From Anaerococcus sp. (GTDB lineage Bacteria > Bacillota > Clostridia > Tissierellales > Peptoniphilaceae), in NCBI RefSeq assembly GCF_030825785.1, contig NZ_JAPJPG010000001.1, forward strand, positions 3,335 to 67,334: a DNA stretch of 64,000 bases, given 5' to 3'. The notes beneath the pieces were generated by a model. It had not been told where the DNA came from, did no database searches, and worked only from the letters and a program-made list of their open reading frames with translations. A program made the translations under genes and the position numbers. Shown piece after piece: positions 60,672-64,000 of this stretch (within the stretch, counting starts at the first letter, position 1; each line of letters opens with the position of its first letter).

Positions 60672-61841
60672 TTAAGAATTTTGGAAATCGAAAACAGCCC
60701 TGGCTAGGACTTCTACGGCAGGGACTATGGCCTTATCAGAGCAATAGTAGTTCTTGCTGTGAAGGGCTTCTTTCGGATGTCCTTCTTCCCCACTTCCAAA
60801 CCAATAGAAAAATCCAGGAACTTCCTTCATAAAGAAGGCAAAATCCTCACTGGCCATGGTGTGACCTTCCTTTAGGATGTTTTCTTCTCCCAAGACTTTG
60901 CTTGCGGAAGAAAGGGCCCTTTTATACATGTCTTTACCATTATATACAGAAGGAATCTTTTCTGTGTAGGTGATTTCGTACTTACATTCGTAGGCTTTTG
61001 CCATATTTTCTACTATAGCTTCCATCCTTTCTATGGCTCTTTCGAGATTTTCCTCAGAAAGAGAGCGAATGGTGGCAGATAGGTGGGTCTTATCGACTAC
61101 TAGATTGTCTTCTGATCCTCCATTTATTGAATTTACAGAAAGGACGGTCGAGTCGAAGGGATTAGTGTTTCTTGAAATTATAGTCTGGAGGGCCATGACT
61201 ATATTTGATGCACAAACTATAGGATCTATGTTAAGATGGGGCATGGACCCGTGCTGACCCTTGCCGAAGATATCTATCTTGAAATTTACCTTGGCACTCA
61301 TCAAAGATCCCTTCTTTATTATAGCCTTCCCGAAGTCGACTTCTGGCCAATTGTGAAAGCCTAAGACCCTATCGATTCTAACCTTATCGAAGAGCCCCTT
61401 GTCTACGTATTCCTTGGCCCCTCTAGTGATTTCCTCGGACCTTTGAAAGATAAATACCACATCTCCCAAAAGCTTATCCCTATTTTCGCTAAGGACTTTC
61501 GCCACAGCCAAAAGACTTGCTGTGTGGTAGTCGTGGCCGCAGGCGTGCATGGTATTTTCTTCCCTTGATTTGTAGGAAATATCTGTCTCCTCCTTCTGGG
61601 CTAAGGCATCTATGTCTGCCCTAAGTCCTATGACCTTGCCAGCTTTTCCTGTCTTAAGCCTTGCAATTAGCCCTGTTTCTATAGGAAAGTCTATTATTTC
61701 GACTCCTTCAAGTTTTTCTAGAAATTCTCTTATAATTTTAGTCGTCCTGTATTCCTTGCCAGAAACTTCTGGGTTCATATGGATTCTATGTCTAATCTCT
61801 ATGATTTCCTCTAAGTCTCTGTCAGATAATTTTAAGTTCAT
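60672..61841 (-). CDS. M20D family amidohydrolase
   Basis: IHMNPEVS..E..T, LRADIDAL, MHACGHD, SEE, SEDFAF. Confidence 0.92.
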   Translation of the reverse strand: MNLKLSDRDLEEIIEIRHRIHMNPEVSGKEYRTTKIIREFLEKLEGVEIIDFPIETGLIARLKTGKAGKVIGLRADIDALAQKEETDISYKSREENTMHACGHDYHTASLLAVAKVLSENRDKLLGDVVFIFQRSEEITRGAKEYVDKGLFDKVRIDRVLGFHNWPEVDFGKAIIKKGSLMSAKVNFKIDIFGKGQHGSMPHLNIDPIVCASNIVMALQTIISRNTNPFDSTVLSVNSINGGSEDNLVVDKTHLSATIRSLSEENLERAIERMEAIVENMAKAYECKYEITYTEKIPSVYNGKDMYKRALSSASKVLGEENILKEGHTMASEDFAFFMKEVPGFFYWFGSGEEGHPKEALHSKNYYCSDKAIVPAVEVLARAVFDFQNS

Positions 61842-61939
61842 ATTGTTTCCTTTATATATATTCTTGGTATGAATATACTTCTAAGAAAATTTCCTACAAA
61901 AAAAGAAAAGCTAGATTTCTCTAGCCTTTCTTAAAATAT

Positions 61940-63556
61940 TTATTTAGTGAAAAGTGGCATATCTTCTTCTACTGTTGTGTTTCCTGCTATATTAAAGTTT
62001 TCTACCAAGAAGTCTACAACTGTTGGTGATAGGAAGGCTGGAAGTGTTGGTCCTAGGTGAATATTTTTTACTCCAAGACTTAGTAGGGCTAATAGAACTA
62101 TTACAGCCTTTTGTTCATACCAAGCTATATTGTATTCGATTGGTAACTCGTTTATATCAGATAGACCGAAGGCATCCTTTAGTGCTAGGGCAATTTGAAC
62201 GAGTGAGTATGAGTCGTTACATTGACCTGCATCTAGAACTCTTGGAATTCCGTTGATATCTCCAAGGCCTAACTTGTTGTATCTGTATTTTGCGCATCCT
62301 GCAGTAAGGATTACATAATCTTCTGGTAGGGCCTTAGCAAAGTCTGTGTAGTATGATCTTTCCTTGTGTCTTCCGTCACAACCTGCCATTACTACAAACT
62401 TCTTGATATTTCCTTCTTTGACTTCGCTAACTACCTTATCAGCAAGGGCTATTACTTGATTGTGAGCGAAACCTCCGACAACTTTTGTATCCTCAAGATT
62501 TGTTGGAGCTTTACATTTTTTGGCCATCTCTATAATTTCAGAGAAGTCCTTGTTGCCATTTTCGTCTGCTTCGATGTGTTTACATCCAGGATAACCTGCA
62601 TTTCCTGTAGTAAACATCCTATCTTGGTAGGTGTTATTTTTCTTCATTGGAACGATACAGTTGGTTGTCATAAGGATTGGGCCATTGAATTTCTCGAATT
62701 CTTCGTTTTGGCTCCACCAGCTGTTTCCGTAGTTTCCGTGGAAGTTATCGTATTTTTTGAATTCTGGGTAGTAGTTTGCTGGAAGCATCTCAGAGTGGGT
62801 GTAGATTTCTACTCCGCTATCCTTTGCTTGATCTAGAAGCATCTTCATATCGTGAAGGTCGTGACCTGAGATTAGGATTCCTGGCTTATCTCCTGCAGAA
62901 TAATCTACTTCTGTGATTTCAGGATTGCCGTAAGTTCCTGTATTAGCCTTATCAAGTAGGGCCATAGCCTTAACTCCGTGGCTTCCTGTCTCCATCACAA
63001 GATCGATTAGCTTAGATATATCTGTATATCCTTTTGTAGTCTCTTCAAGGGCCTTTGCGATAAATTTATCTACTTCGCTATCTCTAAAGCCTAGGACATT
63101 GGCATGGTGGTTGTAGGCTGCCATTCCCTTAAGTCCGTATATTACAAGCTCTGTAAGAGATCTTTCGTCTTCATTCATTATATTTAAAACACCAACTTCG
63201 ATTGCTTTTCTAGAAAGCTCGTCGTCATCATCTGATGAGTATAGGGCAAATTCAGAAAGACCTTCCTTAGATATTTCCCCTAGAAGCTCGTCTTTCATAG
63301 CTATAGTTTCCTTTACTATAGCTAGTATTGCCTCAGTGTCGAAGTTTGCATTGGTAATAGTTACGAAAAGATTGTTAGATAATCTATCGTAAAATCTCTC
63401 TTCTACTTCTCCCTTTTTATTTATTACTTCAGCGAGTCCCTTTGTTACATATACGAGAAGGTCTTGGATATTTGCTGTGTCTTCCTTTTTTCCACAAACA
63501 CCTTGGACCTTACATCCTTCATTCTTGAAAGTTTCTTGACATTGAAAACAAAACAT
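61940..63556 (-). CDS. hcp: Hybrid cluster protein (hydroxylamine reductase)
   Basis: MFCFQCQET....GC...[39 protein letters not shown]. Confidence 0.97.
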   Translation of the reverse strand: MFCFQCQETFKNEGCKVQGVCGKKEDTANIQDLLVYVTKGLAEVINKKGEVEERFYDRLSNNLFVTITNANFDTEAILAIVKETIAMKDELLGEISKEGLSEFALYSSDDDDELSRKAIEVGVLNIMNEDERSLTELVIYGLKGMAAYNHHANVLGFRDSEVDKFIAKALEETTKGYTDISKLIDLVMETGSHGVKAMALLDKANTGTYGNPEITEVDYSAGDKPGILISGHDLHDMKMLLDQAKDSGVEIYTHSEMLPANYYPEFKKYDNFHGNYGNSWWSQNEEFEKFNGPILMTTNCIVPMKKNNTYQDRMFTTGNAGYPGCKHIEADENGNKDFSEIIEMAKKCKAPTNLEDTKVVGGFAHNQVIALADKVVSEVKEGNIKKFVVMAGCDGRHKERSYYTDFAKALPEDYVILTAGCAKYRYNKLGLGDINGIPRVLDAGQCNDSYSLVQIALALKDAFGLSDINELPIEYNIAWYEQKAVIVLLALLSLGVKNIHLGPTLPAFLSPTVVDFLVENFNIAGNTTVEEDMPLFTK

Positions 63557-63623
63557 AAATAAACTCCTTTTTTCTTTTTCTTAACTTAACTGTCTCTATT
63601 ATAAACCACCAGTATATATATAA

Positions 63624-63643
63624 TCTGTAACATATGTTACAGA
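63624..63643. promoter_or_regulatory. Perfect 20-bp palindrome, probable HcpR (Crp/Fnr family) site
   Basis: TCTGTAACATATGTTACAGA, centred about 41-42 bp upstream of the start site implied by the minus-strand TATAAT at 63598-63603. Confidence 0.75.
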
Positions 63644-63715
63644 AAATGATTTTTTACAAAATATTAGTATATTAGTAATAAGAAAGATGATATAATCATA
63701 AAACAAGGAGGTACT

Positions 63716-64000
63716 ATGTCATTTTTAGATAAAATCAAGAGTGCTTTTTCTGGAGATAGTAAGAAAAACGAAACTGTAGAAGAAGTAAGAGAAGTTAGAT
63801 CAAATGAGACTATTCTTGCTCCACTTACAGGAGAAGTTAAGGACATCAAGGAATGTAGCGACCCAGTATTTGCCCAAGAAATCGTAGGCAAGGGAGTAAT
63901 CATCGTTCCAACTGAAGGAAAAGTTTATGCTCCAGTTGACGGCAAGATCTCAATGCTTGCAGAGACAGGACACGCTGTAGGAATCACATCAGATAATGGC
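63716..64000 (+). CDS. crr: PTS glucose-family EIIA (partial; runs off the window end)
   Basis: Manual translation: MSFLDKIK...APLTGEV..I....DPVFAQEIVGKG...PTEGKVYAPVDG....AETGHAVGI. RBS AAGGAGG. Confidence 0.9.
   Translation, partial: MSFLDKIKSAFSGDSKKNETVEEVREVRSNETILAPLTGEVKDIKECSDPVFAQEIVGKGVIIVPTEGKVYAPVDGKISMLAETGHAVGITSDNG

Noticed and set aside
63664..63903. 79-aa minus-strand ORF
   Set aside because: Antisense to the PTS EIIA gene starting at 63716.

Overview
A low-GC Firmicutes chromosomal segment. Gene content, codon style and lipoproteins suggest an anaerobic Tissierellia coccus such as Anaerococcus, but this is inference. It is mostly housekeeping and metabolic: partial ileS, T-box-controlled methionine synthesis and uptake, [FeFe]-hydrogenase maturases hydG/F/E, mgtE, a C-terminal protease, mntP, uraA, arcA, sugar ABC systems including a complete Streptococcus-type msm operon, uppP, ttcA, malic enzyme, hcp and a partial PTS EIIA. 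I saw no rRNA, tRNA, CRISPR array, integrase or transposase. The most notable items are: (1) a stand-alone Y-family polymerase divergent from an XRE repressor plus an ImmA/IrrE metalloprotease, with face-to-face promoters and three AGAC-N7-GTCT-like operators, a candidate LexA-independent protease-triggered mutagenesis switch; (2) a complete par/Fst-like type I toxin-antitoxin locus missed by the ORF track; (3) long intergenic hairpin elements, one next to a gene end with extreme A/C third-position skew; (4) an IleRS2 with the swapped GIHH motif; (5) a dead-looking BY-kinase paired with a Wzz protein carrying a Tyr-rich tail; (6) a candidate leader-peptide attenuator upstream of arcA.
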